Position numbers and translations under genes: made by a program | Shown: positions 8,712 to 21,700 of the stretch, in pieces | Position numbering within the stretch: position 1 is the first letter of the stretch | Layout of the letters: every line of letters begins with the position of its first letter | The notes under the pieces: model-generated | Told to the model about the DNA's origin: nothing | Databases searched by the model: none | What the model saw: the letters and a program-made list of their open reading frames with translations, nothing else | Assembly: GCA_044220955.1 (NCBI GenBank) | Contig: JBGAQA010000048.1 | Coordinates: forward strand, 1 to 48,217 | DNA from: Sandaracinaceae bacterium | GTDB taxonomy: Bacteria > Myxococcota_A > Polyangia > Polyangiales > Sandaracinaceae | Direction: 5' to 3' | DNA length: 48,217 nucleotides

Positions 8712-10838
8712 CTACGCCGACGGCTCGACGGCCTTCCCCTCGTGCATCCACTTCTTCACGAAGGGCGTGAGGATGGCCAGCACGACCGCCGCCGCGAACG
8801 AGGCCAGCGCGATCTTGAAGAAGACGTCCGAATAGAGGTGGAGCGTCTCCGCCGGCGCAGGGATCACCTGCGCGCCGCCCTCGCCTTCCTCGCCGCTGAC
8901 GCCGGTGAGCATGGCGATGAGGCCCGCGAAGAACTGCGAGAACGCCGTCGCGAGGTACCAGGCGCCCATCATCGTCGCGACCATGCGCCCGGGCGCGAGC
9001 TTGCTGACCATCGAGAGGCCGACGGGCGACAGGCACAGCTCGCCCGTGGTGTGCAGCAGGTACGCCAGCACGAGCCAGGTCATGCCGACCATGCCGCGCT
9101 CGCTCGCGCTCCCGGCGCCGAGCCAGAGCACGAGGAAGCCCGCGCCGAGCTGCACGAGCGCGAAGACGAACTTCGTGGGCGTGGACGGCTCGCGGTCGCG
9201 CGCGCCGAGCCAGGTCCAGAGCGCCGTGAACACAAGGCCGAAGATGAGGATGAAGATCGGGTTGGTCGCCTGGAAGACCGACGCGGGGACCTCCGGTCCG
9301 CCGACGCCCATGCCCACGTGCTCGCGCGTGATGGTCCACGTCGCGTGCGCCTCCGGGGCCCCCGCCTCCTGCGCGGCGGAGCGCGCAGCGCTGAGCCGAT
9401 CGAGCGTGAAGAGCCCCGTCGCGCCCGCCGCGCCGTCCGGGTACCCGAGCTGCTCCTGGTTGAGCGCCAGGTCGACGCTCGAGCCGACGTCGGCCTCGGT
9501 GATGTGCCGCGCCTCCGTCACTCGATCGACGTTGCGGTCGGTGAAGTTGTTGATCGAGCTGCCCGCCTGCTCGAAGAACGCCCAGAAGAGCATCGAGAAG
9601 ATGCACATCACCAGGATCACGAAGAGCCGGTCACGCTCGATGCTGGGCATGCGGAACGAGAGCCCGCACTCGACGAAGACCCAGAGCGCGGCGGCCATCG
9701 CGACGTGGTGCCAGATCGTGAAGTCGACGCCCGCGAGCGTGTACAGGCGCGTGCCGAGGGGCGTCGCCCAGCCGACCAGCGGGAAGACGATGGTGATCGC
9801 GAGCCAGAGGCCGAGCGTCCCGTACGCCGCACCGACGCGAGCGATCGACGCCTTGGCGAAGCGGAACGCCTCGACGAAGACGTACCCGAGCGCGACGTAT
9901 CCGACCGCGTAGAGCACGTTCCCGGCGATCGTCGGGTTCGCGCAGAGCCACGCGAAGGTCGGCACGACGACGGCGACGATGCCGAGGACGATGGCGACCT
10001 TCGTCGTGTAGTTGTCGGTGTTCTTCGCGGCGCCGGCCTCCTTGGGGAGCGCGCCGTTCGCGAGCGCCCAGAGCGAGAAGACCATCGCGACGACGAGCGA
10101 GACGGCCACGAAGAGGTTCGCGGCGAGCGCGATGCCCGGCTGCTGGAAGAAGATGAAGGTGAGCACGCCGGCCGAGCCGAGCGCGCCGAGGCCGATCAGG
10201 ATCTGCGTGACGAGCGTCGGCGCGATGAAGATCGCCAGGCCGATCATCATGCCGATGGTCGCGAGGCCGAAGCCGTAGTGCCAGCCGTACGTCTCGCCGA
10301 TGTAGCCACAGAGCAGCGGCGCCATCGCGGCGCCGAGGTTCACGCCCATGTAGAAGATGGTGAACGCGCCGTCGCGCTTGTGCGTGAGGCGCTCGACGCC
10401 GTAGAGCGACCCGAGGATCGTGCCGATATTCGGCTTGAAGAAGCCGTTGCCGCAGATCAGCAGCGCGAGGGCTCCGTAGAACGCGTACTGGTTCTCGATG
10501 GTCATCACGAGGTGACCGAGCGCCATGAGCGAGCCGCCGATGATCACGGCCGCGCGCTGCCCGAGCACCTTGTCGGCGACGAGGCCGCCGATGAAGGGCG
10601 TCATGTAGACGAGCGCCGTGTACGCACCGTAGACGCCGTAGCTCCGGTTGTCGTCGTAGTGGAGGAACCCGCGCGTCATGTAGAAGACGAGCAGCGCGCG
10701 CATGCCGTAGTAGGAGAAGCGCTCCCACATCTCGGCGAAGAAGAGGGCGAAGAGCGCGGGGTGGTGCCCCACCTTCTTCTCGAAGGGCGTCTCCGGGGAG
10801 TCGAGGACGGCGCCGGCGGACGAGGCTTCTGCGCTCAT
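8712..10838 (-). CDS. POT/PTR-family proton-coupled oligopeptide MFS transporter
   Basis: EMWERFSYYGMR (ExxERFxYY), GNGFFKPNI, FTIFYMGVNLGA, FWAFFEQAGSS, GELCLSPVGLS motifs. At 708 aa it is unusually long. Confidence 0.93.
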   Translation of the reverse strand: MSAEASSAGAVLDSPETPFEKKVGHHPALFALFFAEMWERFSYYGMRALLVFYMTRGFLHYDDNRSYGVYGAYTALVYMTPFIGGLVADKVLGQRAAVIIGGSLMALGHLVMTIENQYAFYGALALLICGNGFFKPNIGTILGSLYGVERLTHKRDGAFTIFYMGVNLGAAMAPLLCGYIGETYGWHYGFGLATIGMMIGLAIFIAPTLVTQILIGLGALGSAGVLTFIFFQQPGIALAANLFVAVSLVVAMVFSLWALANGALPKEAGAAKNTDNYTTKVAIVLGIVAVVVPTFAWLCANPTIAGNVLYAVGYVALGYVFVEAFRFAKASIARVGAAYGTLGLWLAITIVFPLVGWATPLGTRLYTLAGVDFTIWHHVAMAAALWVFVECGLSFRMPSIERDRLFVILVMCIFSMLFWAFFEQAGSSINNFTDRNVDRVTEARHITEADVGSSVDLALNQEQLGYPDGAAGATGLFTLDRLSAARSAAQEAGAPEAHATWTITREHVGMGVGGPEVPASVFQATNPIFILIFGLVFTALWTWLGARDREPSTPTKFVFALVQLGAGFLVLWLGAGSASERGMVGMTWLVLAYLLHTTGELCLSPVGLSMVSKLAPGRMVATMMGAWYLATAFSQFFAGLIAMLTGVSGEEGEGGAQVIPAPAETLHLYSDVFFKIALASFAAAVVLAILTPFVKKWMHEGKAVEPSA

Positions 10839-10898
10839 GGTCGCCGTCGATATCCCGCCCCGGCGCGCCGCACAAGCCCGGAATGGCCCGGGCGCGGG

Positions 10899-11160
10899 TC
10901 AGGGCGTCACGAGGATCGCGGCCGCGCTCTGATCGAAGGGGCCCGGCGTTCCGAACGAGACGACGCGGCGTCGGTCGGGCACCCCCGCCTGCAGAGCGCG
11001 GTTGTCCCCCCCCAGCACACGACGTGGCTGTCGCCGCCGACGATGGTGCAGGAGAAGCTCGCGTCGCCCTGCGAGATCGGCACCCCGATGTGGCTGCTCG
11101 CGACGAGCGGGGCGGGCAGCTCGGCACGACGGGCGTGGCCACGTCGACGCCAACCGGGCC
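10899..11160 (-). pseudogene. Frameshifted remnant of an RCC1-like repeat protein C-terminus
   Basis: Joining minus-strand frames gives ...ELPAPLVASSHIGVPISQGDASFSCTIVGGDSHVVCWG / DNRALQAGVPD...GTPGPF...*, matching the (H/F)xC....G.V.CWG.N..GQLG repeat pattern. One shift falls in a G8 run (plus-strand C8 at 11006-11013). Confidence 0.5.
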
Positions 11161-11162
11161 CG

Positions 11163-11204
11163 AAAAGCGCGACGGCGCCCGACCTCTCGGTGGGCGCCGC
11201 GCGT
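11163..11204 (-). terminator. Putative intrinsic terminator of the pyrophosphatase gene
   Basis: Stem CGGCGCCC (11173-11180) / GGGCGCCG (11192-11199) with inner ACC/GGT. GAGA tetraloop on the minus strand, followed by UUUU (plus-strand AAAA 11163-11166). Confidence 0.6.
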
Positions 11205-11221
11205 CGTCGATGGCAGTGGTG

Positions 11222-14002
<2,781 letters not shown>

Positions 14003-14226
14003 GAACCTCTCCTTGGAGGACGTACCTTGCAGCCCTGGCCCAAACGCCGGTCGCGCGTACGCGACGGGTGAATGACTTCTGTGACTGCTGCACTGTCCCG
14101 AAGACGAACAGAGTGCGGGCCGACCTCGCGGGCCAGCCCCTTCGGGGCGGCCGCCTCTTACCACGCGTTCTCCCGGTGTCGAGCGCCGCTTGGCTTGGTG
14201 CGTCACGAGGCCCCATGATGCCGGTC

Positions 14227-15303
14227 GTGGCCCGGGCATCCCTGACCGTCCTGACGGAGTCGCGACGCGCGCGCCCCCTGGCGCCGCCGCCGCGAGGCAT
14301 CGAATTCGTTGCGGATGCGCCGCTCCGGGACGCGCGGGGCCGCGCGTACTCGTACGCCCGCCTGAGCCTGACGGACCGCTGCGACATGGCGTGCGTCTAC
14401 TGCATGCCGCCCGGCGGCGAGGCCGAGCACGGCGAGCGACGCGAGCTGCTCTCGGACGACGAGATCGTACGGCTCGTGCGGGTCCTCGCGCGCCGGGGCG
14501 TCTTTCGCGTCCGGCTCACCGGCGGCGAGCCGCTCGTGCGTCCCCGGGTGCCCGAGCTCGTCGCGAAGATCCGGCAGGCCGGCGCACGCGAGGTCGTCCT
14601 CACGACGAACGGATCGCTGCTCGCTCGGCACGCGGAGGCGCTCGCGCGCGCGGGGCTCGACGGCGTCAACGTGTCGCTCGACTCGCTCGACTCGGCTCGC
14701 TTCGGCGCGATCACCCGCGGTGGCGAGCTCGCCACGGTCGTTTCCGGACTCGACGCGGCGCGCGCGTCGGGGCTGCGCGTGAAGACGAACACCGTCGTCC
14801 TCGGCGGCGCGAACGACGACGAGCTCGCGGCGATCACCGAGTGGGCATGGGCGCGCGGGGTCACGCCGCGCTTCATCGAGCTGATGCCCATCGGCGAGGG
14901 CGCGCGCCTGGGCCGCGGTGCGTTCGTCCCGGCCTCGGAGATCGCGCGCCGCCTCGGTGGCCTCGTCGCGCCCGACCGCGGAGAGCCGGACGCGGGCGCC
15001 GGGCCGGCGCGCTACGTGGCCTCGCGCGACGGAGCCGCCCGGGTGGGCTTCATCACGGCCGTGACCGACGACTTCTGCGGCGCCTGCAACCGCGTCCGGA
15101 TCACCTCGCACGGCGAGCTGCGCGCCTGCCTGGCCGACCGCGCCGCGGTCTCGCTCCGCGACGCGATGCGCGGAGGCGCAGACGACGACGACATCGCCTG
15201 GTCGATCGGGTGGGCGCTCGGGGCGAAGGCGGACGGCCACGGGTTCGCGGCCGTCGAGACGACCGAGCACGAGTCGGTCGGCATGAGCCTCGTCGGCGGC
15301 TGA
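14227..15303 (+). CDS. moaA: GTP 3',8-cyclase (molybdenum cofactor biosynthesis)
   Basis: RLSLTDRCDMACVYCMP radical-SAM motif, RLTGGEPLVR, FIELMP, FCGACNRVR...C and C-terminal MSLVGG. Start uncertain (14215, 14218 or 14227). Confidence 0.92.
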   Translation: MARASLTVLTESRRARPLAPPPRGIEFVADAPLRDARGRAYSYARLSLTDRCDMACVYCMPPGGEAEHGERRELLSDDEIVRLVRVLARRGVFRVRLTGGEPLVRPRVPELVAKIRQAGAREVVLTTNGSLLARHAEALARAGLDGVNVSLDSLDSARFGAITRGGELATVVSGLDAARASGLRVKTNTVVLGGANDDELAAITEWAWARGVTPRFIELMPIGEGARLGRGAFVPASEIARRLGGLVAPDRGEPDAGAGPARYVASRDGAARVGFITAVTDDFCGACNRVRITSHGELRACLADRAAVSLRDAMRGGADDDDIAWSIGWALGAKADGHGFAAVETTEHESVGMSLVGG

Positions 15304-15424
15304 GCGCCGGCTCGGCGCCCGCAGAGCTTGCGACGGCGGCGCAAGGCTTGCGCGCCCCTGCGCGATCCCGAGCCGCGTTCCCGTCACTCCACGTTGGTCC
15401 GCTCCGTGCTCCGCGGTCGAGCGC

Positions 15425-16654
15425 ATGAAGCGGATCGTGATCCTCGGTGCCGGGACCGCCGGCACCATGATGGCCAACCGGCTCGTTCGTCGCCTCCCGG
15501 AGGACGGCTGGAAGATCACCGTCGTCGATCGCGACGACGTGCACGTCTACCAGCCCGGGCTGCTCTTCCTCCCCTTCGGCAGCTACCGGAGGGATCAGAC
15601 GCTCAAGCCACGGCGCTCGCTCCTCGATGCACGTGTCGAGCTGCGTTGCGCGGAGATCGATCGCATCGCGCCCGACGCGAACACGGTGCACCTCGTCGGC
15701 GGCGAGAACCTGCGATACGACGTGCTCGTCGTCGCGACGGGCTGCCGCATCCTGCCGAAGCAGACGCCGGGACTGACCGAGCGCGGCTGGAGGCAGACGG
15801 CCTTCGACTTCTACACGCTCGACGGCGCCATGGCGCTGCGCGATGCGCTCGCGTCGTTCCAGGGCGGCCGGCTCGTGCTGAACGTCGCCGAGATGCCCAT
15901 CAAGTGCCCGGTCGCGCCGCTGGAGTTCCTCTTCCTCGCCGACGCCTTCTTCACCGAGCGAGGGCTGCGCGACCGCGTCGAGCTGGTGCTCGCGACGCCG
16001 CTGGAGGGGGCGTTCACCAAGCCGCGCGCCTCCGCCGCGCTGGGCGACATGCTCGCGCGCCGCAACATCGGCGTGATCGGGGACTTCGCGCTGAGCGAGG
16101 TCGACGGCGCCACGCGAACGCTCAAGTCCTACGACGGCCGCGAGACCGGCTACGACCTGCTCGTGAGCGTGCCGATCCACGGCGGCGCGGAGGCGATCAC
16201 GCGGAGCCAGATGGGCGACGGCTCCGGCTGGGTCCCGACGGACAAGCACACGCTCCAGAGCAAGCAGCACGCGAACGTGTTCGTGCTCGGCGACGCGACG
16301 GATCTGCCGTCGTCGAAGGCCGGGGCCGTCGCACACTTCCAGGCGGAGGTGCTCACCGAGAACGTCCTCTCGTTCGTCGACGGGCAGCCGCTCCCCTCGA
16401 GGTTCGACGGGCACGCCAACTGCTTCATCGAGACCGGCTTCGGCAAGGCGATGCTCATCGACTTCAACTACGAGACGGAGCCGCTCCCGGGGCGCTTTCC
16501 CCTGCCGGGCATCGGCCCGTTCACGCTGCTCGAAGAGAGCGCCGCGAACCACTGGGGCAAGCTCGGCTTCAAGTGGATGTACTGGAACGTGCTCTTGGCG
16601 GGCGAGGACCTGCCGCTCGATCACCGGATGGCGATGGCCGGGAAGTGGGCGTGA
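15425..16654 (+). CDS. Sulfide:quinone oxidoreductase-like FAD oxidoreductase (type III SQR-like)
   Basis: GAGTAG Rossmann motif, HVYQPG, IKCPVAPLE, VLGDAT...SKAG, FDGHANCFIE: the two SQR-type catalytic Cys are present. Confidence 0.85.
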   Translation: MKRIVILGAGTAGTMMANRLVRRLPEDGWKITVVDRDDVHVYQPGLLFLPFGSYRRDQTLKPRRSLLDARVELRCAEIDRIAPDANTVHLVGGENLRYDVLVVATGCRILPKQTPGLTERGWRQTAFDFYTLDGAMALRDALASFQGGRLVLNVAEMPIKCPVAPLEFLFLADAFFTERGLRDRVELVLATPLEGAFTKPRASAALGDMLARRNIGVIGDFALSEVDGATRTLKSYDGRETGYDLLVSVPIHGGAEAITRSQMGDGSGWVPTDKHTLQSKQHANVFVLGDATDLPSSKAGAVAHFQAEVLTENVLSFVDGQPLPSRFDGHANCFIETGFGKAMLIDFNYETEPLPGRFPLPGIGPFTLLEESAANHWGKLGFKWMYWNVLLAGEDLPLDHRMAMAGKWA

Positions 16655-17655
16655 TGGAACCGAGGACCGACGTGGAAGCAAGGAAGTCGAGCGCGAGCCT
16701 CGAGTCGCTCCAGCAGCGGATCGACGCCCTGAGCGCGCAGGTCGCGTACCTGGTCGAGCGGCAGCGCAAGACCGAGGAGCTCTGGCAGGAGGCGACGCCG
16801 ATCCTGAAGGAGGTGCTCGGCAGTGCGTCGCGCGAGCTCGATGGGCTCGAGAAGAAGGGCTACTTCGCCTTCGGGCGAGAGCTCCTGCGCGTCGGCGAGC
16901 GCGTGCTCGAGGGGTTCACACCCGACGACGTTCGTCAGCTGGGCGGCGCCGCGGTCAGCATCCTCGAGACGGTGCGGGCGATGACCCAGCCCCCCGTGCT
17001 GGCGGTCGCGAAGGACGCGGCCCTCGGCCTCTCGAACGCCGAGAAGGCCGAGCCCATCGGCCTGATGGGGATGGTGCGCGCGACGGGCGACCACGACGTG
17101 CAGAAGGGCATGTCCGTGATGATGGAGGTGATGCGCCAGGTCGGGCGCGCGGCCGCGATCGTGAGCGAGCAGCACCGGCAGCGGCCGCTCGCGCAGAAGC
17201 GCGCGAAGCTCGAGGGGGTGCTCGGAGCGCGACGCTCGGCGCTCGGGACCGAGCGAACGCCCCCGCCTCGCGTGGCCGCGACGGCCGCGAAGGCGGCGCC
17301 GGTCGCGCCGGTCGCCGACCACTGCGCGACGCCGCGCGCGGCGCAGCCCACGACCGCGGTGATCGACGGGCTCGCGTTCGGGGCCGACGGACACATGACG
17401 GACGCCGCGCAGTGGACGCGCGAGGTCGCGGCGAAGATCGCCGCGCTGCAGGGCGTCGATCTCTCGGAGGCCCACTGGAAGGTGCTCGAGGCGGCCCGCG
17501 CCGACTTCACCACGACGGGGGCGGCCCCGAACATCCGGCGCCTCACCCAGCTCGTCGGCGTGAGCACGAAGGATCTGTACACGCTCTTCCCCAAGGCTCC
17601 CGGCCGCACGATCGCGAAGATCGCGGGCCTGCCCAAGCCCGCTGGCTGTCTCTGA
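16654..17655 (+). CDS. DUF1641-like domain fused to a C-terminal TusE/DsrC-family sulfur carrier
   Basis: N-half PIGLMGMVRATGDHDVQKGM (DUF1641-like). C-terminal WTREVA...LSEAHWKVL...LYTLFPK.P...AKIAGLPKPAGCL with the penultimate Cys. Start overlaps the SQR stop (TGATG). Confidence 0.8.
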   Translation: MEPRTDVEARKSSASLESLQQRIDALSAQVAYLVERQRKTEELWQEATPILKEVLGSASRELDGLEKKGYFAFGRELLRVGERVLEGFTPDDVRQLGGAAVSILETVRAMTQPPVLAVAKDAALGLSNAEKAEPIGLMGMVRATGDHDVQKGMSVMMEVMRQVGRAAAIVSEQHRQRPLAQKRAKLEGVLGARRSALGTERTPPPRVAATAAKAAPVAPVADHCATPRAAQPTTAVIDGLAFGADGHMTDAAQWTREVAAKIAALQGVDLSEAHWKVLEAARADFTTTGAAPNIRRLTQLVGVSTKDLYTLFPKAPGRTIAKIAGLPKPAGCL

Positions 17656-17675
17656 CCGGAAGAAGGAACCAACGC

Positions 17676-18152
17676 ATGTCTCCGATCGTCCAGAACCACC
17701 GCAAGGTCGCCATCATCACGTCGCACGGCGGGCTCGACGAGTGCTACCCGTCGCTCATCCTCGCCAACGCCGCGCGCCAGTCGGGCATCGACGCGTTCGT
17801 CTTCTTCACCTTCTGGGGCCTCGACGTGATCACCGACAAGCGCGTCGATCACCTCCACGTGAACATGACGGGCAACCCCGCCGCCCCGATGCCGACGATG
17901 CTGGCCGGCCTGCCGGGCATGGAGAGCCTCGCCGCCTCGATGATGATGAAGCAGATGAAGGAGCTCGAGCTGCCCACGGTGCGCGAGATGCTCCAGATCC
18001 TCGACGAGTCCGGCGCGCAGCTCTACGCGTGCGAGCTCGCGATGAAGATGTTCAAGCGAACGCGCGAGCAGCTCGTCCCGCAGGTGAAGGACGTGATCAC
18101 GGCGGGCGACTTCTACGACCTCGCCGAGGGCGCGCAGATCATCTTCACCTGA
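17676..18152 (+). CDS. DsrE/DsrF/DrsH-like (DsrE2-type) sulfurtransferase
   Basis: KVAII.S.G.LD..YP.LILA..A.......VFFTFWGL and LYACELAM...M motifs. SD AAGGA upstream. Confidence 0.88.
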   Translation: MSPIVQNHRKVAIITSHGGLDECYPSLILANAARQSGIDAFVFFTFWGLDVITDKRVDHLHVNMTGNPAAPMPTMLAGLPGMESLAASMMMKQMKELELPTVREMLQILDESGAQLYACELAMKMFKRTREQLVPQVKDVITAGDFYDLAEGAQIIFT

Positions 18153-18242
18153 GCCGCGCCCCGCCCGACCGCTCGCCTCGGCATCACGCCCGGTCGCGGG
18201 AGCAAACTTGCCCGCCGATCCGTTTCGTGGTCCCACTCCCGC

Positions 18243-18683
18243 ATGACGAGCCTCGCGGACGTGCTGACCTCGGACGACAAGCGGAAGCAGGTGGTGGACG
18301 ACTGCGTCGTCGTGCTCGACCAAGAGGTCCACGACAAGGGCGGGCTCTCCGGCATCGCCATCAAGGGCGCGTTCAAGACGATCCAGGGCATCTCGCCCGG
18401 CTTCGTCCGCAACGTCGTCAACGATCTGCTCCCCGAGTTCGCCAAGGCGGCCGACGGGGTCTACCAGGAGGCCAAGGCCAAGAGCATCCCGGTGTCGCGG
18501 CACTTCGAGACGGAGGGCGGGCGGGTCGCCGATGCCCTGCTGGCGATCACCGACCGCCGGGCGCAGCGCACGAAGTACACGTCCGCCAAGAGGCTCTACG
18601 AGACGCTGCGCAGCACGGCGAAGAAGCACGTGGAGGCCGCGATGCCTCGCGTCGGCCGCCTGGTCGAGAAGCACGCGGGCTGA
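18243..18683 (+). CDS. Conserved hypothetical protein (DUF6918-like)
   Basis: Clean codon-biased ORF; VVDDC...DQEV.DKGGLSG.AIK.AFK.....PGF pattern, recalled as DUF6918. Confidence 0.7.
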   Translation: MTSLADVLTSDDKRKQVVDDCVVVLDQEVHDKGGLSGIAIKGAFKTIQGISPGFVRNVVNDLLPEFAKAADGVYQEAKAKSIPVSRHFETEGGRVADALLAITDRRAQRTKYTSAKRLYETLRSTAKKHVEAAMPRVGRLVEKHAG

Positions 18684-18783
18684 CGCGGGGCGCGCCGAGC
18701 GCCGAGGAGGCGCCGCTTGCCCGCCGCACGGCCACCCATCATCTTGCCCCGCTTCGCGGCCCGGCCGCGCTCGGAGGCTCCTC

Positions 18784-21700
18784 ATGCTCGCTCGTCGTCT
18801 CGGGCTCTCGCTCACGCTGCTGGTCACGCTCGCGCTCGCCGGCTGCCCCGGAAACCCGAACATGCCCGGCACCGACGGCGGGAGCCGCGACGTGGGGCCC
18901 CCGAGCGACGGCGGCGGGAGCGACTCCGGCACGATGATGATGAGCACGATCACCCTCTGTCCCGGGGACGCGACACCTCCGCTGGCGTCCGGCGTCTGCG
19001 AGGTCAGCGGTGCGGGCCCCGGGCTCCTGATCCAGGGCGACATCCTCGCGCCGCACGAGGTGTTCCGCGGCGGCCAGGTCTTCGTCGACTCGACGGGGAC
19101 CATCGCGTGCGTGGGCTGTGACTGCTCGAGCTCCCCGGGCGCTTCGGCCGCGACGCGCGTGACGTGTCCGAACGGCGTCGTCTCGCCGGGTCTCGTCAAC
19201 GCCCACGAGCACCTCGCGTCCCAGGGCCTGCCGCCCGTTCGCACCGACGAGCGCTACGAGCACCGCAGCGACTGGCGCGACCGCGATGGCGCCCACACGC
19301 ACCTCTCGGGACCGAACGCACGCATGCCCGACGTCAACGTCCCGTGGGGCGAGCTCCGGATGGTCCTCGGCGGTGCGACGAGCATCAACGGTCAGGTCAC
19401 GCCGGCGACGATGACGGCGGTCCGCGGCCTCTTGCGCAACCTCGACGATCAGCCGACCGAGGAGGGGCTGATGCGCAGCGCGGCGCACTACGACACCTTC
19501 CCGCTCGACGACTTCAGCACCTACCTCCAGATCGCGACGGGCTGCGACGGCTACAGCACGCGGCGCCGCACGGCGTCCGACATCGCGCGCGACAGCGCCT
19601 ACACGCCGCACATCGCCGAGGGCATCGGCGCGACGGCCCGCAACGAGTTCCTCTGCCAGTCGGCCGGCGCCTACGACCTCATCCAGCCGCAGACCGCGAT
19701 GATCCACGGCGTGGGCCTCTTGCCGGTGGACATGCAGCAGATGGCGGTCGACGGCGCGACGCTGATCTGGTCGCCCCGCTCGAACGTCTCGCTCTACGGC
19801 GACACCGCGCGGGTGGTCGAGTACGACCGCATGGGCGTGCCCATCGCCCTCGGCAGCGACTGGATCTACACGGGCTCGATGAACATGCTGCGCGAGATGC
19901 AGTGCGCCGACGAGCTGAACGCGACGTACTACGACGGGTACTTCAGCGACGAATCGCTCTGGCGCATGGCGACGTACAACGGTGCTCTCGCGCTCGGCTT
20001 CGAGGACGTCCTGGGCTCGATCGTGGTGGGGCAGGTCGCCGACCTCGCGATCTTCGACGGCGCGATGCACGTCGATCACCGCGCGGTCATCGACGCGGCG
20101 CCGGGCGACGTCGCGCTCGTCCTTCGCAGCGGCGTCCCGCTCTACGGCGAGGACGGCGTCGTCCTGGGCATCCCCACCGGCGGGACGGACTGCGAGACGC
20201 TCGACGTGTGCGGCGAGGCGCGCCGCGCCTGCGTCATGCGCGAGACGGGGATGACGCTGGCCGCACTGACCGCGGCGAATGCCGGGATGTACCCCCTCTT
20301 CGACTGCGACCCCACCCCGATGAACGAGCCGACCTGCCATCCGTCACGCGACGGCATGGGCTCGTTCCCGATGCCGAGCCAGATGGGGTCGACCGTGTAC
20401 TCCGGCATGACCAGCGCGTCCGACGTGGACGGCGACGGCATCGAGAACGCGATGGACGACTGCCCGCGTGTGTTCAACCCGGTGCGCCCCATGGACATGG
20501 GTGTGCAGGCCGACTCGGACATGGACGGGCTCGGCGACTCGTGCGACCCGTGCCCGCTGGCCGCGAGCACCACCACGTGCGGCACGGTCGATCCGAACGA
20601 TCGCGACGGCGACATGGTCGTCGACACGGTGGACAACTGTCCGATGACGCCGAACACCGACCAGGCCGACACGGACGCCGACCTGCACGGCAACGCGTGC
20701 GATCCCTGCCCGACGACGGCCAACCCCGGGGCCGCGCTCTGCCCGGCGTCGATCTACTCGGTGCAGATGGGCACGACGGCCGTCGGCGCGCGCGTGCAGC
20801 TGCACGGCGTGGTGACGGCGGTCGGTACGACCGGCTTCTTCATGCAGGTCGAGACGACCGACGCGGACTACACCGTGCCCGACTACTCGGGCGTCTTCGT
20901 CTACACGACGACGGCGCCGACCGTCGCGCCGGGGGCGACGGTGCGCGTCGACGGAACGGTCTCGACCTTTGGCGGCGAGATCCAGATCACGACGCCGAGC
21001 GTGACGATGGTGGGCACCGGCACGATCCCCGCGCCGGTCGCCGTCGCGGCGGCGGCCGTCGCGACGGGCGGCGCGCGCGCGCGCGCGCTCGAGGGCGTGC
21101 TCGCGACCGTGACGAACGTGACGGTGAGCGACGTCGCGCCGGCGCCCGGCGCGGGCGACACCGCGCCGACCAACGAGTTCGCGGTCGACGCGATGCTCCG
21201 CGTGGACGACCTCCTCTTCGCGCTCTCGCCCTTCCCCGTCGTGGGCGAGACCTTCGCCGCGATCACGGGCGTGGTCGCGCTGCGCAACGGAAACAGCAAG
21301 CTGCTGCCGCGCTCGGCCGCGGACGTCGTGGCGGGTCCCTCGCGCCTCGTGGGCTTCTCGCCGACGCCCTCCTTCACCCGCGTGGGCCGCACGGACGCGC
21401 CGACCTTCCCGATGCCGCTGAGCGTCCGCCTCACGCGCCCCTCGACGACGCCGACCACGGTCGCGGTCACGGTGACCAGCGGCGGCGCGGCGCTCACGGT
21501 CACGGGTGGAGGCGTCACCATCCCCGCCGGCATGGTCAGCGCGCCCGTCGTCCTGACGGGCGTCTCGCAGGCGGCCGACGTGACCCTGACTGCGACGCTC
21601 GGCGCCGACTCGCTGCCGGCGCACGTGCGGGTCCTCGGAGCGAGCGAGGTGCCGACGAGCTTCACGCTCTCGCCCACGACGGCGACCCTCATGACGGGCG

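Noticed and set aside
14003..14045. Moco riboswitch (CCAGGG...CCTCC..GGAGAGG resemblance near moaA)
   Set aside because: It is on the hppA strand, not the moaA strand, and lacks the expected GNRA-capped stems and spacing. Kept only as a generic structured-leader candidate.
16654..18152. Evidence of dissimilatory sulfite reduction or reverse Dsr pathway
   Set aside because: The carrier lacks the second conserved DsrC cysteine, and no dsrAB/dsrMK genes are present in the window.
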